The position numbers were made by a program, and so were the translations under genes. A DNA stretch of 35,565 nt from positions 1 to 35,565 of the forward strand of contig JACQUM010000018.1 in the NCBI GenBank assembly GCA_016210295.1, in the 5' to 3' direction. This stretch comes from Chloroflexota bacterium. Its GTDB lineage: Bacteria; Chloroflexota; Dehalococcoidia; UBA6926; JACQUM01. Shown here one piece after another: positions 16,206-23,786 of this stretch (position 1 is its first letter; every line of letters starts with the position of its first letter). The notes under the pieces are model-generated. The model was not told the DNA's origin. It ran no database searches and was given only the letters and a program-made list of their open reading frames with translations.

Positions 16206-16901
16206 TCACGGGGCCACCGTCGCCATCGCCTCCTGATGCGCCACCGTGCTGGAGGGGCAGATGTCGTTGAGCACGCAGGCCTCGCACCGAGGCCGCGGCG
16301 CCTTGCATACCTGCCGTCCGTGGGTGATCAGGTCCACGTGGAACTGGTACACCTGCTCCGGCGCCAGCAGGGACTCCAGCTCCTCCTGGGATCTCTCCGC
16401 CGAGGCCTTGCCGTCCACAAGGCCGAGTCTCCGGGCCACCCGGTGAACGTGGGTGTCCACCGGCAAAGCGGGTAGCCCGAAGGAGAAGAGGAGGACGCAC
16501 GCGGCCGTCTTGGGCCCCACGCCAGGGAGCGCCCGAAGCCAGGCACGCGCCTCTTCCAACGGCATCGCGTCGAGAAAGGAGAGGTCCAAGGAGCCGCGTT
16601 CCTTCTGGATACGCTGGAGGATGCGGATGATCCGCGGCGCTTTGATTTGGGAGAGTCCACCGCTCTTGATCGCCGTGGCGACCTCGCCCGGGTCTGCCCG
16701 GGCGACATCTTCCCAGGTGGGAAAGCGACGGTGCAGGCTGTCATAGGTGCGGAAGGCGTTGGCGTCGGACGTGTGTTGGGACAGGACGGTGAAGACCATC
16801 TCGCCCAGGGGGTCGCGACGCGGCTCCCATCGTCGCTCCCCGTAATGGTCACGGAGGCGCGCATACACCTCTTGCGCCTGTCGCCTCTTCCTGATGGCCA
16901 A
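16206..16901 (-). CDS. nth: Endonuclease III (HhH-GPD DNA glycosylase with a 4Fe-4S cluster)
   Basis: It has the HhH motif LPGVGPKTAACVLLF and the C-terminal cysteine cluster CKAPRPRCEACVLNDIC. Confidence 0.95.
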   Translation of the reverse strand: MAIRKRRQAQEVYARLRDHYGERRWEPRRDPLGEMVFTVLSQHTSDANAFRTYDSLHRRFPTWEDVARADPGEVATAIKSGGLSQIKAPRIIRILQRIQKERGSLDLSFLDAMPLEEARAWLRALPGVGPKTAACVLLFSFGLPALPVDTHVHRVARRLGLVDGKASAERSQEELESLLAPEQVYQFHVDLITHGRQVCKAPRPRCEACVLNDICPSSTVAHQEAMATVAP

Positions 16902-17057
16902 CGCTGTAACTCACCAGTTCAAAGTGTTCGACGACGCCCATTCTAGCACGAAGGGGGGAAGGGGCTGTCTCGGCGTGAGACCGTGAGGGTTTTCGCTGGT
17001 GCCCCTACCTTGCCAAAGAGATGACAACGACAGATACTTATAGTATGGAGGTGACGC

Positions 17058-17237
17058 ATGGGGGTCTTTCGTTTTTATCTCGAAGGCACGGTCTCCTTGG
17101 ATATCGAGGCGGAGAGCTACGAAGAGGCCCGGGCCCGGTCCCAAGCCCAGCTCGAAGCCTTCGAGGAGGCGGTGAAGGAGCTCTTGAAGAGCAAAGACCC
17201 GGAGGTCTCCGGTGTCGTGAGCGTCTCCGTCCGGTAA
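17058..17237 (+). CDS. Small hypothetical protein (59 aa), paralogue 1
   Basis: ATG 17058 follows GGAGGTGA at 6-nt spacing. The product is MGVFRFYLEGTVSLDIEAESYEEARARSQAQLEAFEEAVKELLKSKDPEVSGVVSVSVR, ending at TAA 17235-17237. It falls below the ORF-track length cutoff and is paralogous to the next ORF. Confidence 0.6.
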   Translation: MGVFRFYLEGTVSLDIEAESYEEARARSQAQLEAFEEAVKELLKSKDPEVSGVVSVSVR

Positions 17238-17277
17238 GAGAGCAATTGGAAGCCTGACCACGGGAAGGAGAGGGAAG

Positions 17278-17502
17278 TTGAAGAAGACCTATCGCGTTAT
17301 CCGAGATGCGACGGCTGTCTTGGAGGTCGAGGCGCCCAGCTACGAAGAGGCGCTGGCCCGCTCCGGGGCCAAGTCGGAGGCCCTCCAGGAGGCGCTCAAG
17401 GAGCTCCTCCTTCTTCGGGGTTCCAAGTTTCCCAACATCGTGAGCGCGACGGTCAGCACCAACAACGTCATCTCCGGCCCCATCGGGCACCCGTACCACT
17501 AA
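17278..17502 (+). CDS. Small hypothetical protein (74 aa), paralogue 2
   Basis: TTG start after GGAAGGAGAGGG. It aligns with paralogue 1 (..LEVEAPSYEEALARS...EALQEALKELL...VSATVS) and shares the DNA string AGCTACGAAGAGGC. Confidence 0.6.
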   Translation: MKKTYRVIRDATAVLEVEAPSYEEALARSGAKSEALQEALKELLLLRGSKFPNIVSATVSTNNVISGPIGHPYH

Positions 17503-17674
17503 ACGACGGCTTCCCGTTCCTGCGTCTCCGTCGAGAGTCTGCGAGCGCTGAGGTCGGCGACTCTTGAGCCTCGCCACGGCTTTCTGTGGCTCTTTGCGCG
17601 CCTCGATTCCATCCGCATGGTAGAATGGCCTCTTAGGCGAACTTTTCCCTAAGTGACCTCACTTTGGAGCCCAC

Positions 17675-19033
17675 GTGCGCGACCGCATCGAGGAGGCCCT
17701 TCGCGGCCACAACGCCGACTACATCGAGTTGCGGATAGAGGAGATCGAGGGGACTCATCTCTCCTTCCGGAACACCGAGCTGGAAGACATCGGCCGCAGC
17801 CGGAGCCTCGGCGGGTGTGCCCGAGCCCTCGTCAAAGGGGGCTGGGGCTTCGTCTCCTTTACCTCCCTGGAGGGCCTGAGGGAGAAGGTGGCCCTGGCGG
17901 TGAGCCAGGCCCGCATGGTGGGCGGCAAGAGACTCAAGCTGGCCGCCGGGCCTCTTATCGATGAAGAGGTCCCCCCCACGCTGCCGAAAGACCCGCGAAC
18001 GGTCCCTCTGGCGGAGAAGGTGGCGCTGCTGCGCGAGTATACCGATGCCCTCTGGAGTGTCCCGCACATCCAGAGCACCGGTCTCGCCTACGGCGATCGC
18101 TACCGGCGTGTCATCTTCGCCAACGGGGAGGGCAGCTACATCGTCCAGGCGCGTGTGGACGTGAACTTTCGCCCATGGGCTGCCGCCCGAGACGGCGGGG
18201 ACGTGCAGCAATACGGGGTCAGCCTTGGCAGCCTGGGCGACTACGGGCTGGTGGAGGGAAAGCACAAGGAGGTCCGTGGTGTCGCCGAGAAGGCCGTGGA
18301 GTTGCTCTCGGCTCCACGGCTTCATGGCGGCGAATACGTGGTCATCTGCGACCCCATCCTGGCGGGCGTCTTCGCCCACGAGGCCTTCGGCCACCTCTCG
18401 GAGTCAGACTTCGTCTATGAGAACGAGCGGGTCCAGGAGCTGATGGTCCTGGGCCGGCGCTTCGGCGGACCGCATTTGAACATCGTCGACGGGGCCGCCA
18501 TCCCGGGCCTGCGTGGCTCCTACAAGTACGACGACGAGGGGATGCCCGCCACCCGCACGGACCTCATCCGCGAGGGCGTGTTGGTGGGACGCCTCCACTC
18601 TCGTGAGACGGCGGCCAAGATGCAGGAGCCCCCCACTGGGAACGCCAGGGCGATCGACTTCCATTTTCATCCTATCGTTCGGATGACCAACACGTTCATC
18701 GAGCCCGGGACGGCTTCTGTGGAAGACATCTTCGCCGAGGTGAAGGACGGGGTCTACGCCAAGAACTGGTACGGCGGGATGACGAGCATGGAGATGTTCA
18801 CCTTTTCCGCGGGAGAGGCCTATCGGATCCGAAACGGCCGTGTGGCGGAGCTCCTTCGGCCCGTCGTCCTCTCGGGGAACGTCTTCACGACTCTGGAGAA
18901 CGTGGACGCCGTCGCCAACGACCTGGACTTCAACCAGGGCGGAGGCTGCGGGAAAGGCGGCCAGGCGCCTCTCCCTGTCTCCAACGGCAGCCCGCACATT
19001 CGCATCCGCAGCTGCCTCGTGGGAGGCGCGTGA
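17675..19033 (+). CDS. tldD: TldD metalloprotease (peptidase U62)
   Basis: It has the HEAFGHLSESD motif and a C-terminal GGCGKGGQ...PHIRI. GTG start after a GGAG RBS. Confidence 0.9.
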   Translation: MRDRIEEALRGHNADYIELRIEEIEGTHLSFRNTELEDIGRSRSLGGCARALVKGGWGFVSFTSLEGLREKVALAVSQARMVGGKRLKLAAGPLIDEEVPPTLPKDPRTVPLAEKVALLREYTDALWSVPHIQSTGLAYGDRYRRVIFANGEGSYIVQARVDVNFRPWAAARDGGDVQQYGVSLGSLGDYGLVEGKHKEVRGVAEKAVELLSAPRLHGGEYVVICDPILAGVFAHEAFGHLSESDFVYENERVQELMVLGRRFGGPHLNIVDGAAIPGLRGSYKYDDEGMPATRTDLIREGVLVGRLHSRETAAKMQEPPTGNARAIDFHFHPIVRMTNTFIEPGTASVEDIFAEVKDGVYAKNWYGGMTSMEMFTFSAGEAYRIRNGRVAELLRPVVLSGNVFTTLENVDAVANDLDFNQGGGCGKGGQAPLPVSNGSPHIRIRSCLVGGA

Positions 19034-20337
19034 TGGACCGCGTCCTGGCCTTTGCGGCGAAGGCTACAAGGGAGGCGGAGGTTCAAGCGGTGGAGAGCCG
19101 CTTCACCACGGTCGGCTTCGAGACCGACCGTCTCAAAGAGGTGCAGACCCGCGAAGGGTGGACCATGGGCGTCCGGCTCCTGGTGGACGGGCGCGTGGGC
19201 CTGTCCTCCACCAACGATCCCGCTGAGGAGGAGGGAGTCGTTCGCCGCGCCCTGGAGCTGGCGCCCTTCGGGCCGGAGGTAAACTTCGAGCTCCCCTCTC
19301 CCCAGGAGTACCCCGAGGTGCCGACCTATGATCCGGCCATCGAGGGGGTGACTGCCAAGAAGATGGTGGAGTTCTTCCGCTCTCTTCTCGCCGACTTGAA
19401 AGCGGCGTACCGAGACGTTCTCTTCGAGGGGGGCGTCACCGCCGGGACCACCTTGCTCTCCTTGAAGAATAGTCGCGGCCTGGACCTGAGCTACCGAAAG
19501 AGCACCTACGCCTTCTGGGTGAGCGGCACGCGAGTCCAGGGAATGGACATGCTTTTTGTTGGAGACCGACAGCGCTCGACCGGCCCTGTGTGGGACTACA
19601 CGCGGGTGAAGGCCTCCGTTCTGCGCCAGCTGGACCTGGCGAAGAACCTTGTTCCCGCCCCAGCGGGACGCGTCCCTGTGCTCTTCACTTCCCGCGGCTT
19701 CGCAGGCACTCTCCTTGGCCCACTTCTCGCTGCCTTGAACGGCCGCACCGTCGTCCAGGGGGCCTCCCCTCTGGCGGGCCGCCTCGACGAGCAGGCCTTC
19801 GACGCCAGCTTGACTCTTCTGGACGATCCGACAATCCCCTTGAAGCCGCCTGCACGTCCCTGGGACGAAGAAGGGACACCCAGCCGGCCGCTACCTCTGG
19901 TCGAGAAGGGAGTGGTCCGCAACTTCCTGTACGATCTCCACACGGCGGCCCGAGCCGGAGCGAGGAGCACGGGCAGCGCCTCGGGCGGGATTGGCAGCAT
20001 GCCGGGGCCTTCTGCCTCCTACCTCCAAGTCCTGCCCGGCCAGGTGCCTTTCGACACGATGGTAGCGAACGTGCAAGACGGGCTCCTTGTGGAGGAGCTG
20101 ATTGGAGCAGGGCAGGGCAACACTTTGGGCGGCGAGATCGCGGGGAACGTGCTCCTCGGTTATCGGATCCAGAACGGGAGCGTCACAGGCCGCGTCAAGG
20201 ACACGGTGATTCACTGCAATCTCTACCATGTCCTGCGGGACATCGGCGCCATTGGTCAAGAGGCAGAGGAAGTAGGTGGCTTCCTTTCTGTTCCGCCAAT
20301 ACTGTGCCTGGACGTCTCCGTGGCACGGAAGGAGTAA
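19030..20337 (+). CDS. pmbA: PmbA/TldE (peptidase U62 partner subunit)
   Basis: The U62 family pattern is present but lacks the HExxxH motif. Its start overlaps the tldD stop (GTGATG). Confidence 0.9.
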   Translation: MMDRVLAFAAKATREAEVQAVESRFTTVGFETDRLKEVQTREGWTMGVRLLVDGRVGLSSTNDPAEEEGVVRRALELAPFGPEVNFELPSPQEYPEVPTYDPAIEGVTAKKMVEFFRSLLADLKAAYRDVLFEGGVTAGTTLLSLKNSRGLDLSYRKSTYAFWVSGTRVQGMDMLFVGDRQRSTGPVWDYTRVKASVLRQLDLAKNLVPAPAGRVPVLFTSRGFAGTLLGPLLAALNGRTVVQGASPLAGRLDEQAFDASLTLLDDPTIPLKPPARPWDEEGTPSRPLPLVEKGVVRNFLYDLHTAARAGARSTGSASGGIGSMPGPSASYLQVLPGQVPFDTMVANVQDGLLVEELIGAGQGNTLGGEIAGNVLLGYRIQNGSVTGRVKDTVIHCNLYHVLRDIGAIGQEAEEVGGFLSVPPILCLDVSVARKE

Positions 20338-21314
20338 TGGCCTTGCGGGATGCCTCCAAGAGCCTGGCGGAGGTTCTGGCGGAGCTGCAAGACCCCGTGA
20401 ACCCTTTGCGCTCGGCGACCCTGCCCCACCTCTCCGGCCTCGACACTGCGGAGGCGAAGAGAGCACAGGTTGCTCTTGCTTCGGCGCCCTTCGAACGGCG
20501 ACGGGCTGTTCTGCGACGGATGGTCGAGATGGCGGAGGACAACGTCGATCTCGACTTCACGCCGATCTTTCGCCTCTCTCTCGAGGACGAAGATGAGGAG
20601 GTGCGGGAGTCCGCCCTCTGGGGGCTTTGGGAGTGCGACGAGCGGTCCCTCATCGGCCCGCTCATCCGGCTCCTGAGTCAGGACCCCGAGGTCCGTGTCC
20701 GGGCAGCGGCGGCCCAAAGCCTGGGCCGCTTCGCGATGCTCGCCCAGAGAGGGAAACTGCACCCCTACGATATCCGCAGGACGAACGAGGCGCTCCTGAA
20801 TGCCCTTCAAGGAGAAGAAGAGTCCGTGGAGGTGCGACGGCGCGCCCTCGAGGCAACGGCCCCCTTCGATTCCGAGGAGGTCCGCGAGCTTATCACCGAG
20901 GCGTACGAGAGCGAGAACGAGTCGATGCGCGCGTCGGCCCTCCACGCCATGGGGCGCACGGGAAACATCTTCTGGCTTCCTCTCGTTCTGGAGGAGATGG
21001 CGAGTCCTCTTGCCGAGATTCGCTACGAGGCGGCGGGTGCGGCGGGGGAGATCGGAGTCGAGGACGCCGTTCCGCATCTCGTCCGGTTGCTCCAGGACGA
21101 GGATCCCGAGGTGCAAGAGGCCGCCATCTATGCCCTGGGGGTCATAGGTGGCTCGACGGCTCAGCGCAGTCTTCGCCGGTGCTTGGAGAGTCAGGACCCT
21201 CGCATCCGCGAAGCGGCGAGCGCGGCTCTCGGAGAGCTGGAGAGTTGGGAGCAGTTCCCTTCCAGCATGGCTCGCTCCGGCGTAGAGTTGACCGAAGAGG
21301 ACACGGACCTCTAG
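20337..21314 (+). CDS. HEAT-repeat (PBS-lyase-type) protein
   Basis: ATG 20337 overlaps the pmbA TAA as TAATG. It has repeated D..VR..A..ALG units (EDEEVRESALWGL, DPEVRVRAAAAQSLG, DPEVQEAAIYALG, DPRIREAASAALG). The ORF-track extension to 19590 lies inside pmbA. Confidence 0.8.
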   Translation: MALRDASKSLAEVLAELQDPVNPLRSATLPHLSGLDTAEAKRAQVALASAPFERRRAVLRRMVEMAEDNVDLDFTPIFRLSLEDEDEEVRESALWGLWECDERSLIGPLIRLLSQDPEVRVRAAAAQSLGRFAMLAQRGKLHPYDIRRTNEALLNALQGEEESVEVRRRALEATAPFDSEEVRELITEAYESENESMRASALHAMGRTGNIFWLPLVLEEMASPLAEIRYEAAGAAGEIGVEDAVPHLVRLLQDEDPEVQEAAIYALGVIGGSTAQRSLRRCLESQDPRIREAASAALGELESWEQFPSSMARSGVELTEEDTDL

Positions 21315-21339
21315 CTCGGCGGGCACGCGCCGTTTCAAA

Positions 21340-21388
21340 TAGCAGCGAGAACGGCAAGGTATCCATACCCTTGCCGTTCTCGCTGCTA
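21340..21388. terminator. Bidirectional terminator hairpin between convergent genes
   Basis: TAGCAGCGAGAACGGCAAGG-tatccata-CCTTGCCGTTCTCGCTGCTA forms a perfect 20-bp stem. Confidence 0.7.
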
Positions 21389-21407
21389 GAGAATCCGTCG
21401 GCTGCCT

Positions 21408-22106
21408 TTACCGACCCTTCGGCTTGGGCTTTGCCTTCGGCTTGGGGCGCATAGGCATCTGTGCATTACCTCCTTTCTCTCCAGTCTCTTCGGCCGGTAG
21501 GCCCAGGTAGGCGAGGAACTCTGAAGGTGACGCCTCGTGAGAGCGAGGAGTCGCGTTCCACTCCTTCACTCGCTGAAGGTAGGCGTCCTCATCGTCGGTG
21601 AAGGCGGTGTAGGCCCTGCGGACTGGCGCCTCGTCCATGACTTCGTCAGCGGCGTTGTATCCCCAGCACGGGTCCTGAAAAAGCTGGAAAGGGCCGTTTG
21701 GCTGCGCCGCGTCGACTGGATCGAAAGGGTATGTTTGGCAGACGAGAGGCTTGAAGGGGTGGATGGAGCAAAGGTTGTCTTTCAGGAAGATGCACGCCTC
21801 TTCCCTCCGAGATAGGCCGAGGAGACGCATCCCGGAGCGAGTGCGAAACATTCTCTCGTCGCTCTCTACGATGGAGCCCTCTTCGAAGTCGGAGACGCCA
21901 TAGAGGGTCAGAAAGGCCGAGAGGCGACGATGGAGGTTATCGCGGATGCGCTGGACATCTTCCGCGGTGACGAGCGGGATGTACCTTCGACAGCACTCTC
22001 CGCAGAGAGTGCACCGAAACCTGATCGCCGGTGGTTCGTGGCCACGCCTGTGGGGACCGTCTACTATACGACCCCTTGTGCTGTATTCATGGCGCCAGGC
22101 TAGCAC
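21408..22106 (-). CDS. YkgJ-family Cys-cluster protein (CxxCxxCC, UPF0153); start uncertain
   Basis: It has FRCTLCGECCRRY and later ACIFLKDNLCSIHPFKPLVCQTYPF, with a Lys/Pro-rich tail KPKAKPKPKGR. The only canonical in-frame start close to the domain is GTG 22106, which has no nearby RBS. Confidence 0.7.
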   Translation of the reverse strand: MLAWRHEYSTRGRIVDGPHRRGHEPPAIRFRCTLCGECCRRYIPLVTAEDVQRIRDNLHRRLSAFLTLYGVSDFEEGSIVESDERMFRTRSGMRLLGLSRREEACIFLKDNLCSIHPFKPLVCQTYPFDPVDAAQPNGPFQLFQDPCWGYNAADEVMDEAPVRRAYTAFTDDEDAYLQRVKEWNATPRSHEASPSEFLAYLGLPAEETGEKGGNAQMPMRPKPKAKPKPKGR

Positions 22107-22369
22107 GATTTCGCACAGTTGACAAGAGTTTCTCCCTTGAATTTTCTTTTCTCCTCGCGAAAACGCAAGAGGGCCGGCCAGCGGAAGCAAGACGGTTGCC
22201 GTTTGTGGCCTGGATTGGAGATGGGAGGGGTGACCACGGCTGTGTCTGAGCACGGTGTCCGGACAGGCATCGGGCCCAGGAGACGAATATTCCTCGTGTC
22301 ATGCGAGGCGGCCCTCGCCGCTTGTCCTGGGTCAGGCGGCCAGACCTCCGCGTGATTTTCCCGTCGGGG

Positions 22370-23716
22370 CTAGAGCAAGGAAAGGAGAGAGAGATAGGCG
22401 ACCTGGAGCTGTCTATCCACGAGGACGCCGTTTTGAAGAAGGACGTTCGTCACACGCTCGTCGGGAACGACTCCCTGGCCCTGGGTGGGATGACCGGAGG
22501 GTGTGTACCATCGACCAACGGTGAGGTAGATGGCGGAGCCATCGCGCAGCTCTTTGAATATCTGGATTGCCCCCTTCCCATAGGTGGTCGTTCCGAAGAG
22601 GCGTGCCCGCCCGTAGTCCTGGAGCGCTCCCGCTACGACTTCCGCGGCGCTTGCCGTGTTCTGGTCTACTAGAACGACTAGGGAGATCGTCAGGGCGGCG
22701 GGAGGCCCGCCCCCGCGCGCCTTCCAGTCCTGGCGTTTTCCTGTGCTGTCGACCTCGTAGAGGATGAGCTTCTCCCCGAGGAACTGCCCTGCCACGTCTA
22801 CCGCATCTTCGATAGTCCCGCCGGGGTTGAAGCGCAGGTCCAGGAGGATCCCGCGGGCGCCTGTTTCCAGCGATTCCTGTAGCCGCTGGTGGAACTCCTG
22901 CCCCGTTGTCTGGGCGAAACGCCAAATGCGGATGTAGGACACGTCGCCGGAAAGACTGGCCCTGCCAACCGATGGCTCTGCCACGAGGGTGCGTGAAACG
23001 GGTACTTCGAAGGGGCGCTCCACGCCTGCGCGGGAAACGAGGAGGACCACGGAGGTCCCCGCAGGGCCCCGGACCATCTTGACGACCTCCTCGGCGGTCA
23101 GGCCTTTCGTGGACGTTCCGTCCACGGCGAGGATGACGTCCTGCGCTTGGAGCCCTGCCGCCTCGGCGGGGGTGTCCGAAAGGGGTTCGAGGACCACGGT
23201 CTCGCCCGCGTCGGTCTGGCCGATGTACGCGCCGATGCCCTGGTACTGACCCTCGAAGAACCTCTCCGCAGCGTGGAACTCCTCCGCGCTCAGGTACTGA
23301 CTGAAGGGGTCTCCGAGGGCGGCGACCATGCCCTGAGAGGCGGCGCGTGCCAGGTCTTCGGCGGAGACCGCCGGCCGAAGCTCACGCAGCACCTCCCACG
23401 CCGCCCAGACCCTTTCGAGTCCGTCAGGAACATCCCTTGGTGGTGCTCTGTGGAGGGAGTCCAGGGCCTGTTGGAACGCGCTCTCCTCGACGCCGCTGCG
23501 CGCCAGCATTTCCCGGATAGCCCCCTCGATCGCCTCGTCGGGTCCCAGGGACGAGGCGTCAACGGCGGAGACCTTCAGGACGCTCCAGGTCTCCCAAACG
23601 AGGCCGAGGCGAGGCTCTCCCTGGATGGTTGGAGAGGGCCGCGTGACGACTCCCACCAGGAGAGCGGAGGCGGCCAGGAGAGAGAGCAGACTTGCGAGAA
23701 CGTCGCGTCGATCCAA
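22370..23716 (-). CDS. S41-family C-terminal processing peptidase (Ctp/Prc) with a PDZ domain
   Basis: It has an N-terminal transmembrane or signal segment, a PDZ-like LQAQDVILAVDG, and the catalytic region VLVDQNTASAAEVVAGALQD...TTYGKG. Confidence 0.9.
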   Translation of the reverse strand: MDRRDVLASLLSLLAASALLVGVVTRPSPTIQGEPRLGLVWETWSVLKVSAVDASSLGPDEAIEGAIREMLARSGVEESAFQQALDSLHRAPPRDVPDGLERVWAAWEVLRELRPAVSAEDLARAASQGMVAALGDPFSQYLSAEEFHAAERFFEGQYQGIGAYIGQTDAGETVVLEPLSDTPAEAAGLQAQDVILAVDGTSTKGLTAEEVVKMVRGPAGTSVVLLVSRAGVERPFEVPVSRTLVAEPSVGRASLSGDVSYIRIWRFAQTTGQEFHQRLQESLETGARGILLDLRFNPGGTIEDAVDVAGQFLGEKLILYEVDSTGKRQDWKARGGGPPAALTISLVVLVDQNTASAAEVVAGALQDYGRARLFGTTTYGKGAIQIFKELRDGSAIYLTVGRWYTPSGHPTQGQGVVPDERVTNVLLQNGVLVDRQLQVAYLSLLSLL

Positions 23717-23786
23717 TTCAGTAGCGCTCCAGAGTGAGGGGGAACGTCGCCCTTTCCCCCATTCTATCCGGCTACAACCTCTCTTC

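Noticed and set aside
22107-22369. The 260-nt gap between the S41 peptidase and YkgJ genes as a possible ncRNA or riboswitch.
   Set aside because: It contains only a short GCGAGG/CCTCGC hairpin and a plausible promoter (TTGTCA-17-TAGCCT). I recognise no riboswitch-like conserved core.
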